From assembly GCA_963675755.2 (NCBI GenBank), contig CAXXMD010000002.1, positions 2,048,001-2,112,000 of the forward strand: a DNA stretch of 64,000 nt, written 5' to 3'. Shown here one piece after another: positions 40,818-51,753 of this stretch (its first letter is position 1; each line of letters begins with the position of its first letter). A model generated the notes under the pieces. It did not search any database. It had not been told where the DNA came from and worked only from the letters and a program-made list of their open reading frames with translations. The stretch is from a bacterium (GTDB lineage Bacteria; Zhuqueibacterota; Zhuqueibacteria; Residuimicrobiales; Krinioviventaceae). The translations under genes and the position numbers were made by a program.

Positions 40818-43800
40818 TCACGGCAAAATCATCCACGACGGAGGAAACGCCTGCTTTTCATATCCCGGCCCCTCAAAATAAAAATCCATGGACTCAGAGC
40901 CAACAACCTCATAATAGAACAAGTCCAAATCATGACGACCTTTGTCCAACTGGATCTTGCCGGAATTAATACGTTTAGCATGCGCGCCTGCGTCATAAAC
41001 AATCGTCTTGCCGTCTATTTTCAACACACACCCGTCATTGGCATCACCATAAAAGGTATAAACACCGGGTGTCATAATATCAAATTTACCCTCAAAACGG
41101 ATTGCCACCTGATCACCCCGCCTGTCAATCTTGTTTACGTCAAACTGAAAAGTTTTTCCGGTAGATGCCACTGTAAACTCGTAGGTCTCGGGATCAGGAC
41201 CCAAATCGCCCCACTCTCCATGATACACAGTATACGCAATACCATTTACAGCAGGATCAATAAAACGGACATTGGCAGATGCAGGATAACTGGTTATAAA
41301 TCCCTCTTTGACCATAATCGCCTGAATGGTGCAGTTTTCTTTAATCTCTACCGGACCCGTATATTTCTCAGATTCTACAGTAGGCTCGCTTCCATCCAAT
41401 GTGTAATACACATCCGCATGATTTGTAGCCCGAATGGGTATGTATGCTGTATCATGAATGTGATACAATGTATCCACCTTGTCAATAATCGGTACAGGTA
41501 AACGGACCGGCTTTATCAACTCTGCGGCTCCCTGGGACTTGAATGTATATTTCCCTGAACCCACGTTGTAAACCGCTCTATTGTCCTCTGTTCTGACAAA
41601 TTGGGCGGCATCACTATTGACTGACACCAGCTCCTCGCTCGTTGCAGGTACATAAATTGTTGCCGTTGTATTGACAGGTATTTCTACATCCATTTTCAGG
41701 TTGCCCTTTTTATCAAGCTTCCAATGGCTTTTGATCATACCGTAAAATGTTTCTGTCCCGGCGTTCACATAGGTCAAATCCCCACAAAGAACGGGTTTGA
41801 TGATTATGTGCTTGAATCCCGGATTTTCAGGATCCGGATTAATACCTGCCGGTGCTTTAAAGAACCAACGGATTGTGCTTCCATACATAGGGTGACTGTG
41901 CGAAAGCTTGCCGTCCCAATATTCCCACAGCGTAGTAACGCCTTTGCCAAGGATATAGTGACCATAGCTGGGAAAATCATGCTGGTTCATCATCATAAAC
42001 GCAAGGTCTTCTCGACCCATTTCCGTCAGCATTTCCATTACAAGCGGCAGACCCAAAATACCGGTATCCAGATGTTCACGATTTTTAACAACATTCTCTA
42101 CCATGCTGTCAAAAACACCATCAATATTCTCTTCTTTTACCATACCAAATGCCAATGGAAACGCATCCGCGCCCTGGTAACTGGTCCAGTATTGTTGATT
42201 TTCTTCATTATAATACCGCTTGTCCAGTGCAGTTTTTATCTTTTCCATGAGGGCCAAATGTTCATCACGGTCAGCGGCTTTACCCAGCACATCCGCGGTC
42301 TGGGCCACCAGCTTTGCACAGAAATAATAATAACTGGTATTCACCAAAGGTTCCGGCAATTCCATGGGATAAGGAGTAGCCCAATCTCCCAGGCACCATG
42401 CGTTTGGTTCTTCCCGAACGACAATTCCATCCTTGTCTGTGCGAGTACCCAGGTATTCCACCCACTGCTTCATACCTTTATAATGTTTCTGCAATATCTG
42501 TGTATCACCATAATAGACATAATAGTACCAGGGAACAATTACATACGCTGAACCCCATGCAGGGCCACCGCCTCCGCCTTCATACGGAGCGGTATGTGGA
42601 ACAAATCCGGTTTTCTTGTTACGGGCATCGTCAATATCGTTTACCCATTTGTCATAAAACCGGGTCATGTCAAAATTAAAAATAGACGACTCTACCAGAA
42701 TCGATCCGTCACCAGTGTAGCCCAAACGTTCGCGGTGCGGACAATCACTGCTAAAGCTGCCATGCATATTGCCCAACTGGGTACGGATATAATTCTCATG
42801 GATCTTGTTAAACAGCTCGTTCGAGCAGTTGAAATAACCTACTGTATCCATAACAGTATTTACAACCCGCCCGCTGATGCTGTTTAGGTCGAGTGGAACG
42901 GACGATCCCCGGATCTCAACAGTCCTGAACGCATGCCAGGTAAAACTGGGTTCCCAGGTTTCCTGCCCGCCTTTACACATATACTGATCACCCTGGCTGT
43001 AATCGCTGCCCAGTTCTTCGATAAAACGCAAATGCAATGTATCTCCGCGATTACCGTTAATGTTCAATTTTACCCAACCCGAGAACATGTGTCCAAAGTC
43101 ATAGACATAAACATTATCTTCCGTATGTCTTACCGCAACCGGTTTTACGGTATTGATAATACCGTCCCTTGGCGCAAGCTGGGGCTGCAGTTTGCCATCC
43201 GGTGCTTTTAATAGATTGGCCTGCTGCCAACCCGATGCATCGTATCCCGCTGAACTCCAGCCGGGCATTTCCATACGGGCATCATAGTATTCACCGGAGA
43301 ATAGTCCGTTATGACGAATGGGTCCCTCTGTGGTAAATTTCCACGTATCATCACTCACTACCCGTTGACGTTCACCATCGGCATAATCAATTTCGATCTG
43401 CATGATAAATCGTGGTGTATTGTACCACATTCTGCCCTCGGCACCCCGGTCACGTTGATTATACCAGCCATTGCCAAGAACAATTCCCACAGCATTGGCG
43501 CCCTGCTCAAGCTGACTGGTTATATCATATATATTGTAGAAAACCCGTGTAGAGGATTGATCATCGTAATGATAGATCAAACCCGAAAGATTGCGTTTTT
43601 CATAATTGGTCTGCGCGGGGACCAGTTCGTCATTACCGGTCTCGCTTCCGTTCAAAAACATTTCATAATATCCCAAACCCGTAACATAAACCCGAGCTTT
43701 TTTAATGGGCTTGTTAATAGTAAATTCTTTGCGGAACCACGGGGCCGGGCCGGTTTTCTTCTCGACAGGTTCTTTGATTTCCGATACCCCCACCCATTTT

Positions 43801-44237
43801 GCCTGCCAGTCAGCAGGGTTTATCAGGGCCATCTCCCATTTAGCGGTTTCACTCCATTCAGATTCTGCACCCTGCTCGTCCCACACCTGTACTTTCCAGA
43901 ATACCTGTTGGCGTGAATTCAATTCTTTACCACCCCAGGGAATGTTTACGGATTGGTCCGAATCCACCTTACCGCTGTCCCACAAATCCGCGGAACCTTC
44001 TGTTAACAGATCAGGACTGCTTGCCGCCAGGATATGATATGCGGTCTGGATGCGATTGTACCCGCCTGCTGCCAGTTTCCAGCTTAATCGGGGAGTAGCG
44101 CTGTCAATCCCCAACGGATCGCTTATATATTCGCAACGCAGATCGTTGACCTGCATGGATTTATTCATGGATTGACAACCGGAAAATAAAAATACCAACA
44201 TCAGTACAAACAGCAAGACAGGAATGGTCTTTTTCAT
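40818..44237 (-). CDS. GH78 alpha-L-rhamnosidase lipoprotein with Fn3-like and PA14 domains (paralog 2)
   Basis: Same motifs as the 34691 copy. Start set at MKKTIPV (44237) by identity with paralog 3. Confidence 0.92.
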   Translation of the reverse strand: MKKTIPVLLFVLMLVFLFSGCQSMNKSMQVNDLRCEYISDPLGIDSATPRLSWKLAAGGYNRIQTAYHILAASSPDLLTEGSADLWDSGKVDSDQSVNIPWGGKELNSRQQVFWKVQVWDEQGAESEWSETAKWEMALINPADWQAKWVGVSEIKEPVEKKTGPAPWFRKEFTINKPIKKARVYVTGLGYYEMFLNGSETGNDELVPAQTNYEKRNLSGLIYHYDDQSSTRVFYNIYDITSQLEQGANAVGIVLGNGWYNQRDRGAEGRMWYNTPRFIMQIEIDYADGERQRVVSDDTWKFTTEGPIRHNGLFSGEYYDARMEMPGWSSAGYDASGWQQANLLKAPDGKLQPQLAPRDGIINTVKPVAVRHTEDNVYVYDFGHMFSGWVKLNINGNRGDTLHLRFIEELGSDYSQGDQYMCKGGQETWEPSFTWHAFRTVEIRGSSVPLDLNSISGRVVNTVMDTVGYFNCSNELFNKIHENYIRTQLGNMHGSFSSDCPHRERLGYTGDGSILVESSIFNFDMTRFYDKWVNDIDDARNKKTGFVPHTAPYEGGGGGPAWGSAYVIVPWYYYVYYGDTQILQKHYKGMKQWVEYLGTRTDKDGIVVREEPNAWCLGDWATPYPMELPEPLVNTSYYYFCAKLVAQTADVLGKAADRDEHLALMEKIKTALDKRYYNEENQQYWTSYQGADAFPLAFGMVKEENIDGVFDSMVENVVKNREHLDTGILGLPLVMEMLTEMGREDLAFMMMNQHDFPSYGHYILGKGVTTLWEYWDGKLSHSHPMYGSTIRWFFKAPAGINPDPENPGFKHIIIKPVLCGDLTYVNAGTETFYGMIKSHWKLDKKGNLKMDVEIPVNTTATIYVPATSEELVSVNSDAAQFVRTEDNRAVYNVGSGKYTFKSQGAAELIKPVRLPVPIIDKVDTLYHIHDTAYIPIRATNHADVYYTLDGSEPTVESEKYTGPVEIKENCTIQAIMVKEGFITSYPASANVRFIDPAVNGIAYTVYHGEWGDLGPDPETYEFTVASTGKTFQFDVNKIDRRGDQVAIRFEGKFDIMTPGVYTFYGDANDGCVLKIDGKTIVYDAGAHAKRINSGKIQLDKGRHDLDLFYYEVVGSESMDFYFEGPGYEKQAFPPSWMILP

Positions 44238-44413
44238 AGAGTCCCTCAAAATTTTAACAGAAAAGTGTATTTTTAATAAAATCAATTTTTACAAATTAAG
44301 CAAAGGTAATAATTCAACAATCTGGTTCTCAGTACCTGGTCATCAGTTTTCAGTAAAGGCTCAAGATATGGGTCTATTACAATAGTAATATATCTAATAA
44401 AGATAGTTTTTTT

Positions 44414-44450
44414 CTGACTACTGACTACTGACTACTGATAACTGATTACT
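44414..44450. repeat. Heptamer tract
   Basis: CTGACTA CTGACTA CTGACTA CTGATAA CTGATTA CT. Confidence 0.85.
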
Positions 44451-44461
44451 TTTCCCATCTA

Positions 44462-47400
44462 TTATTTCCCGTCTCCGGGAATTGTCATCCACTCTGGTGG
44501 GAACATTTGCTTTTCAAATCCCGGACCTTTGAAATTAAAATCCATACTTTCAGAACCGGTTACTTCATAATAAAACAAGTCCAAATCATGACGGCCGGCT
44601 TTTAGGTCTATTTCATCAAATTCTTTACGTGCAGCATAAGCACCCGCATCATATACCACCGTTTTTCCATCGATTTTCAGTACACAACCATCGTTGGCAT
44701 TCGCATAAAAAGTATATTTACCCGGTGTTTTTATATCAAATGAACCCTCAAAGCGGATAGCCACATAATCACCGCGCCTCTCAATCTTGTTCACATCAAA
44801 TTCAAAGGTCTTGCCGGTAGATGCCACTTTGTATTTATCAGATTCCGGATCAGGACCCAAATCGCTCCATTCTCCCTCATAAACCGTATAAGCAATTCCA
44901 TTTACAGCAGGATCAATAAATCGGACCTTGTCGGCTCTATCATAACTGTTTATAAATCCATCTTTAATAGCAACCGCCCGGATTATTGTATTGTCTTTAA
45001 TTTCTAAAGGTCCGGTATATTTAATGGAATTCCCGTCAGGTATGCTGCCATCAAGAGTATAATAGATATCTGCATTATTACTGGCAGAAATCTCTATATT
45101 CGCTGTATTGGGTTTAAAGTAAAGCGTATCCACATTTGTTATAATAGGAGTGGGCAAATGTACGGGCTTCATCAATTTCGCTGCTCCCTGGGACTTGAAT
45201 GTATATACCCCTGATCCCACCTTGTAAACCGCTTTATTGTCCTCAATTCTGACAAATTGGGCGACCTCACTATTGACTGACACCAGCTCCTCGCTCGTTG
45301 CAGGTACGTAAACAGTTGCTGTTGTATTGACAGGTATTTCCACATCCATTTTCAGGTTGCCATTTTTATCGAGTTTCCAATTGCTCTTGATTAGGCCGTA
45401 AAACGATTCGGTCTGTGTATTCACAAAAGTCAAATCACCACACAGTATGGGTTTGATGATGATGTGCTTGAATCCAGGATTGGCAGTATCAGGATTAATA
45501 CCCCCAAGCCCTTTATAAAACCATCGTATCACACTGCCAAACATGGGGTGACTGTGAGAACTTTTACCACTAAATTCTTCCCACAAGGTGGTTACCCCTT
45601 TACCCAGTATATAATTACCAAAACTCGGAAAATCACGCTGGTTCATCATCATAAACGCAAGATCTTCACGTCCCATATCTGTTAATACTTCCAGTACAAG
45701 CGGTGTACCCAAAATACCGGTATCCAGATGCTCACGGTTCTTGACAATATTTTCAACCATGCTGTCGAAAACACCATCAATATTCTCATTTTTAACCATA
45801 CCAAATGCCAATGGAAAAACATCCGCGCCCTGATAACTGGTCCAGTATTGTTGATTTTTTTCATTGTAATAGCGTTTATCCATTGCAGATTGAATTTCAT
45901 CCAATAGTGCCGAATAATGGTCTCTGTCTTTAGGTTTGTCAAGAACATCGGCAATCTGTGCAACCAGTTTTGCGCAATAATAATAATAACCGGTATTCAC
46001 CAATGGTTCGGGCAGTTCTATCGCCTCGGGAGTAACCCAATCACCCAGGCACCATCCGTTTGGTTCTTCACGCACCACAATGCCTTCCTTGTCTGTGCGT
46101 GTCCCCAAATAGTCCACCCATTGTTTCATACCTTCGTAATGCTGCTGCAATATTTGTGTATCGCCATAATAAACATAATAAAACCAGGGAACAATCACAT
46201 ATGCCGAACCCCATGCAGGTCCACCGCCTCCACCTTCGTACGGAGCGGTATGCGGAACAAATCCGGTTTTCTTGTTACGGGCATCATCAATATCATTTAC
46301 CCATTTGTCATAAAACCGGGTCATGTCAAAATTAAATATAGATGATTCAACCAAAAGTGATCCGTCACCGGTGTACCCCAGACGTTCACGGTGCGGACAA
46401 TCACTGCTAAAGCTGCCATGCATGTTGCCCAACTGGGTACGAATATAGTTATCGTGTATTTTATTAAACAGCTCGTTCGAGCAGTTGAAATAACCTACTG
46501 TATCCATAACGGTATTTACAACCCGCCCGCTGATGCTGTTTAGGTCGAGTGGAACGGACGATCCCCGGATCTCTACCGTCCTGAACGCATGCCAGGTAAA
46601 GCTGGGCTCCCAACTCTCGCTGCCACCCTTGCATATATACTGATCAGCCTGATTGTAATCGCTGCCCAGTTCTTCGATAAAACGCAAATGCAATGTATCT
46701 CCACGATTCCCGTTTATGTTCAACTTTACCCATCCCGAGAACATGAGTCCAAAGTCATAGACATAAACATTATCTTTTGTATGTTTGACGGATACCGGTT
46801 TTATCGTATCAATAATGCCGTCTCTTGGCGCAAGTTGAGGATACAGCTTGCCATCCGGTGCTTTTAACAGATTGGCCTGCTGCCAGCCAGACGCGTCAAA
46901 ATCCGCAGTGCTCCAGCCGGGCATTTCCATGCGGGCATCATAATGCTCGCCGGTGAATAGTCCATCATGACGAATGGGCCCCTCTGTGGTATACTGCCAG
47001 GAACGATCACCAACCAGAGTTTGACGTTCACCATCCTTATATTCGATCTCCAACTGTAGAAAAAATCTCGGTGTATTGAACCACATACGTCCTTCAGATA
47101 CCCGATCACGTTGATTGTACCAGCCATTGCCCAGCACAATTCCAGCCGCATTCTTGCCCTGTACGAGCTGGCTGGTTACATCATAAATATTGTACAATAC
47201 CCGGGTAGTAGATTGATCATCATAATCATAAATCAGTTTTGTCAAATCTCGCTTTTCATAATTAGTTTGCGCGGGGACCAGTTCGTCATTACCGGTTTTG
47301 CTGCCATTCAAAAACAATTCATAATATCCCAAACCGGTAACATAGACGCGGGCTTGTTTAACGGATTTGTTAATTGTAAATTCTTTACGAAACCATGGGG

Positions 47401-47893
47401 CAGGACCGGTTTTCATCTCGGCAGGTTCCTTGCTTTCCTCTACACCCACCCATTTGGCTTGCCATTCTTCCGCATTTAATAACGCCATCTCCCATTTGGC
47501 GGTTTCACTCCATTTAGACTCTGCTCCCTGCTCGTCCCACACCTGTACTTTCCAGAACACTTGTTGGCGTGAATTCAATTCTTTACCGCCCCAGGGAATG
47601 TTTACGGACTGGTCCGAATCCACCTTGCCGCTGTCCCACAAATCTGCAGAACCCTCAGATAACAAATCAGGACTGCTTGCCGCCAGGATATGATATGCGG
47701 ACTGGCTGCGATTATACCCGCCTGCTGCCAGTTTCCAGCTTAATCGGGGAGTAGTGCTGTCAATACCCAACGGATTGCCTATATATTCGCATCGCAGATC
47801 GTTAACTCGCATAGATTTGTTCATAGACTGACAACCGGAAAATAAAAATACCAACATCAGTACAAACAGCAAGACAGGAATGGTCTTTTTCAT
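44462..47893 (-). CDS. GH78 alpha-L-rhamnosidase lipoprotein with Fn3-like and PA14 domains (paralog 3)
   Basis: Same motifs; lipobox FSGC; N-terminus identical to paralog 2. Confidence 0.92.
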   Translation of the reverse strand: MKKTIPVLLFVLMLVFLFSGCQSMNKSMRVNDLRCEYIGNPLGIDSTTPRLSWKLAAGGYNRSQSAYHILAASSPDLLSEGSADLWDSGKVDSDQSVNIPWGGKELNSRQQVFWKVQVWDEQGAESKWSETAKWEMALLNAEEWQAKWVGVEESKEPAEMKTGPAPWFRKEFTINKSVKQARVYVTGLGYYELFLNGSKTGNDELVPAQTNYEKRDLTKLIYDYDDQSTTRVLYNIYDVTSQLVQGKNAAGIVLGNGWYNQRDRVSEGRMWFNTPRFFLQLEIEYKDGERQTLVGDRSWQYTTEGPIRHDGLFTGEHYDARMEMPGWSTADFDASGWQQANLLKAPDGKLYPQLAPRDGIIDTIKPVSVKHTKDNVYVYDFGLMFSGWVKLNINGNRGDTLHLRFIEELGSDYNQADQYICKGGSESWEPSFTWHAFRTVEIRGSSVPLDLNSISGRVVNTVMDTVGYFNCSNELFNKIHDNYIRTQLGNMHGSFSSDCPHRERLGYTGDGSLLVESSIFNFDMTRFYDKWVNDIDDARNKKTGFVPHTAPYEGGGGGPAWGSAYVIVPWFYYVYYGDTQILQQHYEGMKQWVDYLGTRTDKEGIVVREEPNGWCLGDWVTPEAIELPEPLVNTGYYYYCAKLVAQIADVLDKPKDRDHYSALLDEIQSAMDKRYYNEKNQQYWTSYQGADVFPLAFGMVKNENIDGVFDSMVENIVKNREHLDTGILGTPLVLEVLTDMGREDLAFMMMNQRDFPSFGNYILGKGVTTLWEEFSGKSSHSHPMFGSVIRWFYKGLGGINPDTANPGFKHIIIKPILCGDLTFVNTQTESFYGLIKSNWKLDKNGNLKMDVEIPVNTTATVYVPATSEELVSVNSEVAQFVRIEDNKAVYKVGSGVYTFKSQGAAKLMKPVHLPTPIITNVDTLYFKPNTANIEISASNNADIYYTLDGSIPDGNSIKYTGPLEIKDNTIIRAVAIKDGFINSYDRADKVRFIDPAVNGIAYTVYEGEWSDLGPDPESDKYKVASTGKTFEFDVNKIERRGDYVAIRFEGSFDIKTPGKYTFYANANDGCVLKIDGKTVVYDAGAYAARKEFDEIDLKAGRHDLDLFYYEVTGSESMDFNFKGPGFEKQMFPPEWMTIPGDGK

Positions 47894-48007
47894 AGAGTCC
47901 CTTAATTTTTTACAGGTGAGTGTTTTTTTTAGAATAAAACCAATTTTTACGATTTTTGCAAGATATAAAATTTAATATAGGATAGGTTGTTTTTATATTG
48001 TGGTTTA

Positions 48008-48610
48008 TTAAGATTGAAGTAAAAAATATAATGGTTTATAACTTACAAATCGAAAAAAATGATTTCCATAAGATAATCTTTTTATATCTCTAATTACATC
48101 CATAATCATATCTAGGCTATAATAATTATTATATTTCAAAACATAATCTTTTAATAAAATAGGATCAAAAATAAGATTATCATCAAAATAATCAGCAATT
48201 AATTTTTTTCTATCTATCTTGATAAATTTATCAGTTTTACTATTTAATTTTATCCAAATGCAATCAGGGCTATTAGCTAATTCCTTAAAATTATTAGCTA
48301 AAGGACAACCAGCAACCATAGGGAAACCGTACTCTTCAGCAATTTGAGCTGACTCAACTATCTCTTCATTAATCTTAATTAAAATTTCATTATAATTATG
48401 CTTATTTACTTTCGGCCGCCTTGGGAATAAACCTAAAAGCATATATCTTTCATTTGCATGAATTACCTTTGAAATATTACTTCCTTCACGATTTAACCAA
48501 GGAAAAATTGGACAAATTACATTAAAATCAGACCTTAAAATTTCCTTAATTTTAAACACTATTGGGAATTCAGCAGAGTGTTCAGAAATAAAGCTTGTGT
48601 ATTGTTGCAT
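48008..48610 (-). CDS. Hypothetical protein (very AT-rich, possibly N-terminally truncated)
   Basis: 200-aa ORF; no family recognised. Confidence 0.5.
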   Translation of the reverse strand: MQQYTSFISEHSAEFPIVFKIKEILRSDFNVICPIFPWLNREGSNISKVIHANERYMLLGLFPRRPKVNKHNYNEILIKINEEIVESAQIAEEYGFPMVAGCPLANNFKELANSPDCIWIKLNSKTDKFIKIDRKKLIADYFDDNLIFDPILLKDYVLKYNNYYSLDMIMDVIRDIKRLSYGNHFFRFVSYKPLYFLLQS

Positions 48611-48640
48611 ATTAATCCAGTAAAATTTTATTTAAAAAAT

Positions 48641-49369
48641 TCATTCTCTCTCAACAATCCAAAATGTTAAATATAATTCTTCCCCATGAATCATATTAGG
48701 ACGTATCTCAATATATTCTTCAGTATTCTTTTCAATATCAAAAGTAAGGGCTCCAGCAGTCGTTTGTATCATTACAATTGGTGGTTTTTTAAATTTAGGT
48801 AAATTTGATGAATTAATTGGTTTTAAGTTTTTATAATCGTAATGTGAAGTACTATCTTCATTAACTAGTTTAATATCAGGTACAATATATATTTTTAAAA
48901 TTGTCTCTATATTCATCATACGTTCACTAAGTAAATTATCTAATTTATCATATTTTCCAATCAATTGCATTGTCGAATTTTCAAGATTATATAAATTATT
49001 TTGAATATTATTAATTGCATTTGAACTTTCTTTATAAGATAAATTAAGTAATTCAGCTTGTCCTTTTAGGTTTCCCAGATCATCCTTTACATCAGACAAA
49101 ATCTCACTTTTCAGCTCTCCAACTATTTGGGTTTTAACATTCCAACCAAGTGTAGTTATGGCAACACCTACAACCCAAAGAGTTGTAATCACAAGTTGAA
49201 ATTTAAAATTTAAATCCAAATAATTAGCATTCAAATCACTATTATGATTATTTTTAATTCTAGCTTGTTTGAACATATATATCAATATTAATATATTAGC
49301 TATGAAAATTGAAACTAGAAGAATTATTGAAATTGTTAGTAAATTATTTTGCATTATCCCCAATCTCAT
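48641..49369 (-). CDS. Hypothetical membrane protein (two TM helices plus coiled coil; very AT-rich)
   Basis: Two hydrophobic segments followed by a heptad-rich region. Confidence 0.55.
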   Translation of the reverse strand: MRLGIMQNNLLTISIILLVSIFIANILILIYMFKQARIKNNHNSDLNANYLDLNFKFQLVITTLWVVGVAITTLGWNVKTQIVGELKSEILSDVKDDLGNLKGQAELLNLSYKESSNAINNIQNNLYNLENSTMQLIGKYDKLDNLLSERMMNIETILKIYIVPDIKLVNEDSTSHYDYKNLKPINSSNLPKFKKPPIVMIQTTAGALTFDIEKNTEEYIEIRPNMIHGEELYLTFWIVERE

Positions 49370-49735
49370 TTACATTTTTCACAGTATTTAATACTACAAC
49401 ATTTATAGGATTATATGGAAAAATACACCCATATCAATAAATACTATTTTAAATTCATATGCAAGTAAATAATTTTGATTTAGTTAAAAAACCCAAGATT
49501 TGTCAAAAATGCAATTCAATAATTATAAAGCTTACAAACCACATCTAGCTTTGAATTTATCTCATACCGCCCTTACAGTCTTACCAACAAACAACTGACT
49601 ACTTTTCTCCGTCTTACATTTCACGTTTGCCGTTTGCCATTTATCGTCTGCCGTTTCCCCCTTGCCTTTTATATTTTTTATACTTACCATATCCTACTCA
49701 TCATAAAACATCACAATACAGGAATACACCCGATT

Positions 49736-51391
49736 ATGTTTTACGCATTCTTAGCTGTGCTCCCGATTTTGACCGCCGCGGTCCTGCTGGTCGGATTTCG
49801 TTTACCCGCCAAATACGCCATGCCCATCGTATTCATTATCGCCATTGCCGTTTCCATGCTGTTCTGGCATGTACAATGGATTGTTGTACTTGCTTCCAGT
49901 ATACAGGGATTGTTTATCACCTTTGACATTCTCTATATCATTTTTGGGGCAATCCTGTTGTTAAATACGCTAAAATATTCAGGGGCTATATCCGCAATCC
50001 GCGCGGGATTCTCTCACATCAGCGATGACCGGCGCGTTCAGGTAATTATTATCGCCTGGCTGTTTGGTTCGTTTATAGAAGGTGCATCAGGCTTTGGTAC
50101 ACCCGCTGCTATTGCAGCCCCTCTGCTGGTCGCACTCGGCTTCCCGGCCATGGCCGCAGTCATGATAGGCATGATGATACAAAGCACCGCCGTTACATTC
50201 GGTGCCGTGGGTACCCCCATCCTCATTGGCGTTAATGGCGGACTAGAAAATCCTGAACTCCTGGCCCAACTAGCCGCATCCGGTCATAATATGCAATGGC
50301 TGCTGCTCAATATCACTACCTATTCAGCAATTTTTCATGCCATCACCGGCACACTGATCCCTCTGCTCATGGTTGTCATGATGACACGTTTTTTCGGAGA
50401 GAACCGCTCCTGGAAAGAAGGTTTATCCATCACCCCGTTTGCAATTTTAAGCGGACTGGCATTTACTGTCCCCTATGTTCTTACCGGCGTGTTATTGGGA
50501 CCCGAGTTCCCCTCGCTTTTAGGCGCATTGATAGGATTGCCTCTGGTCACCTGGCTTGCACATAAAAAAATCCTGATTCCGCAAGACAAATGGGATTTCC
50601 CCAAATCCAACACCTGGCCTGCAGAATGGCTGGGCAAGATAGAGATCAAACCCGAAACCAATCCATCCAACAAAATTTCCTTTGCCGCTGCCTGGGTGCC
50701 CTATTTATTTGTAGCATTATTTCTGGTATTGACCCGCCTGCCTCGTCTCGGTATAGGCGCCTTTTTGAAAACCGCTGCCATCAAATGGACACACATTTTG
50801 GGAACGCCTGTAACCGCAGCATCCACCCCCCTGTATCTGCCGGGTTCCATCTTGTTGCTCGTGGTATTGATCACCGTATTCCTGCACCGCATGGATTTCA
50901 AAGCATTAAAGTCTGCGGTAACCGATTCAGTTAAAATCCTGTTCAGCGCAGGATTCGTCCTCGTATTTACCGTCCCCATGGTACGGCTCTATATCAATTC
51001 TGGAATCAACCCGGTAGACATGTCCAGCATGCCCGTTACCATGGCGCAATGGGTAGCGGATTCGGTGGGAGGCATTTGGCCCTTTTTCGCCCCGACCATT
51101 GGCGCTCTTGGAGCATTCATTGCCGGCAGCAATACCATCAGTAATCTCATGTTCAGCCTGTTCCAGTATAGTGTAGCAGAACGACTCCTGATCTCCGGCA
51201 CCATTACTGTTGCATTGCAGGCCGTAGGTGCCGCAGCCGGTAACATGATCGCCATTCACAACGTAGTAGCCGCATCAGCGACTGTGGGACTCCTGGGCAA
51301 AGAAGGCGCAGTCCTAAGAAAAACCATCATCCCCACTCTGTATTACCTCACAGTAGTAGGCTTGCTGGGATTGATCGCTGTTTATTTATAG
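49736..51391 (+). CDS. lctP: L-lactate permease
   Basis: [44 protein letters not shown] and [12 protein letters not shown] motifs. Start moved to ATG 49736; the ORF-track extension reads through a repeat tract. Confidence 0.92.
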   Translation: MFYAFLAVLPILTAAVLLVGFRLPAKYAMPIVFIIAIAVSMLFWHVQWIVVLASSIQGLFITFDILYIIFGAILLLNTLKYSGAISAIRAGFSHISDDRRVQVIIIAWLFGSFIEGASGFGTPAAIAAPLLVALGFPAMAAVMIGMMIQSTAVTFGAVGTPILIGVNGGLENPELLAQLAASGHNMQWLLLNITTYSAIFHAITGTLIPLLMVVMMTRFFGENRSWKEGLSITPFAILSGLAFTVPYVLTGVLLGPEFPSLLGALIGLPLVTWLAHKKILIPQDKWDFPKSNTWPAEWLGKIEIKPETNPSNKISFAAAWVPYLFVALFLVLTRLPRLGIGAFLKTAAIKWTHILGTPVTAASTPLYLPGSILLLVVLITVFLHRMDFKALKSAVTDSVKILFSAGFVLVFTVPMVRLYINSGINPVDMSSMPVTMAQWVADSVGGIWPFFAPTIGALGAFIAGSNTISNLMFSLFQYSVAERLLISGTITVALQAVGAAAGNMIAIHNVVAASATVGLLGKEGAVLRKTIIPTLYYLTVVGLLGLIAVYL

Positions 51392-51409
51392 ATTATATCA
51401 ATTATTTAA

Positions 51410-51752
51410 TGTAGGGACCGATCTGAGACCGGTCCCTACAAATCCCCAATTCCTCACTTGATCGCGATGCAGATTCCTGCATCGCGGAATATACACATGG
51501 GACATTCGTCCCAAATCATGATCTAACACATTCACCTATGGAATATATAACAGCTTGTAGCTTTCCGTCTCACATCTGCCGTCTTGCGTTTCTTCTGAAT
51601 ACTGAGCACTGATAACTTGATCGCGGTGCAGATTCCTGCATCGCGGAATATTGCTACGGGACATCTGTCCCGTTTTTCTGCATCTATCCGTGGCTAAAAG
51701 CTAATAGCTTATTAATGACAGCTTTTCTTCTGAATACTGAGCACTGATAACT
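51410..51752. repeat. Composite repeat block: GTAG-type REP (51410-51440), family B x2 (51459-51512, 51618-51672), ATCCGTGG box, heptamer tracts
   Basis: GTAGGGACCG...CGGTCCCTAC; TGATCGC-hairpin-GGAATAT-GGGACATnnGTCCC; CTGAATACTGAGCACTGATAACT occurs twice. Confidence 0.88.
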
Positions 51753-51753
51753 T

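Noticed and set aside
34808-47754. Long antisense ORFs (e.g. 35588-36688, 41724-42551) that resemble each other
   Set aside because: They are shadows of the GH78 paralogs; their mutual similarity follows from the duplication.
49627-49735. N-terminal extension of lactate permease in the ORF track
   Set aside because: It translates a heptamer repeat tract; the permease-like sequence starts at ATG 49736.
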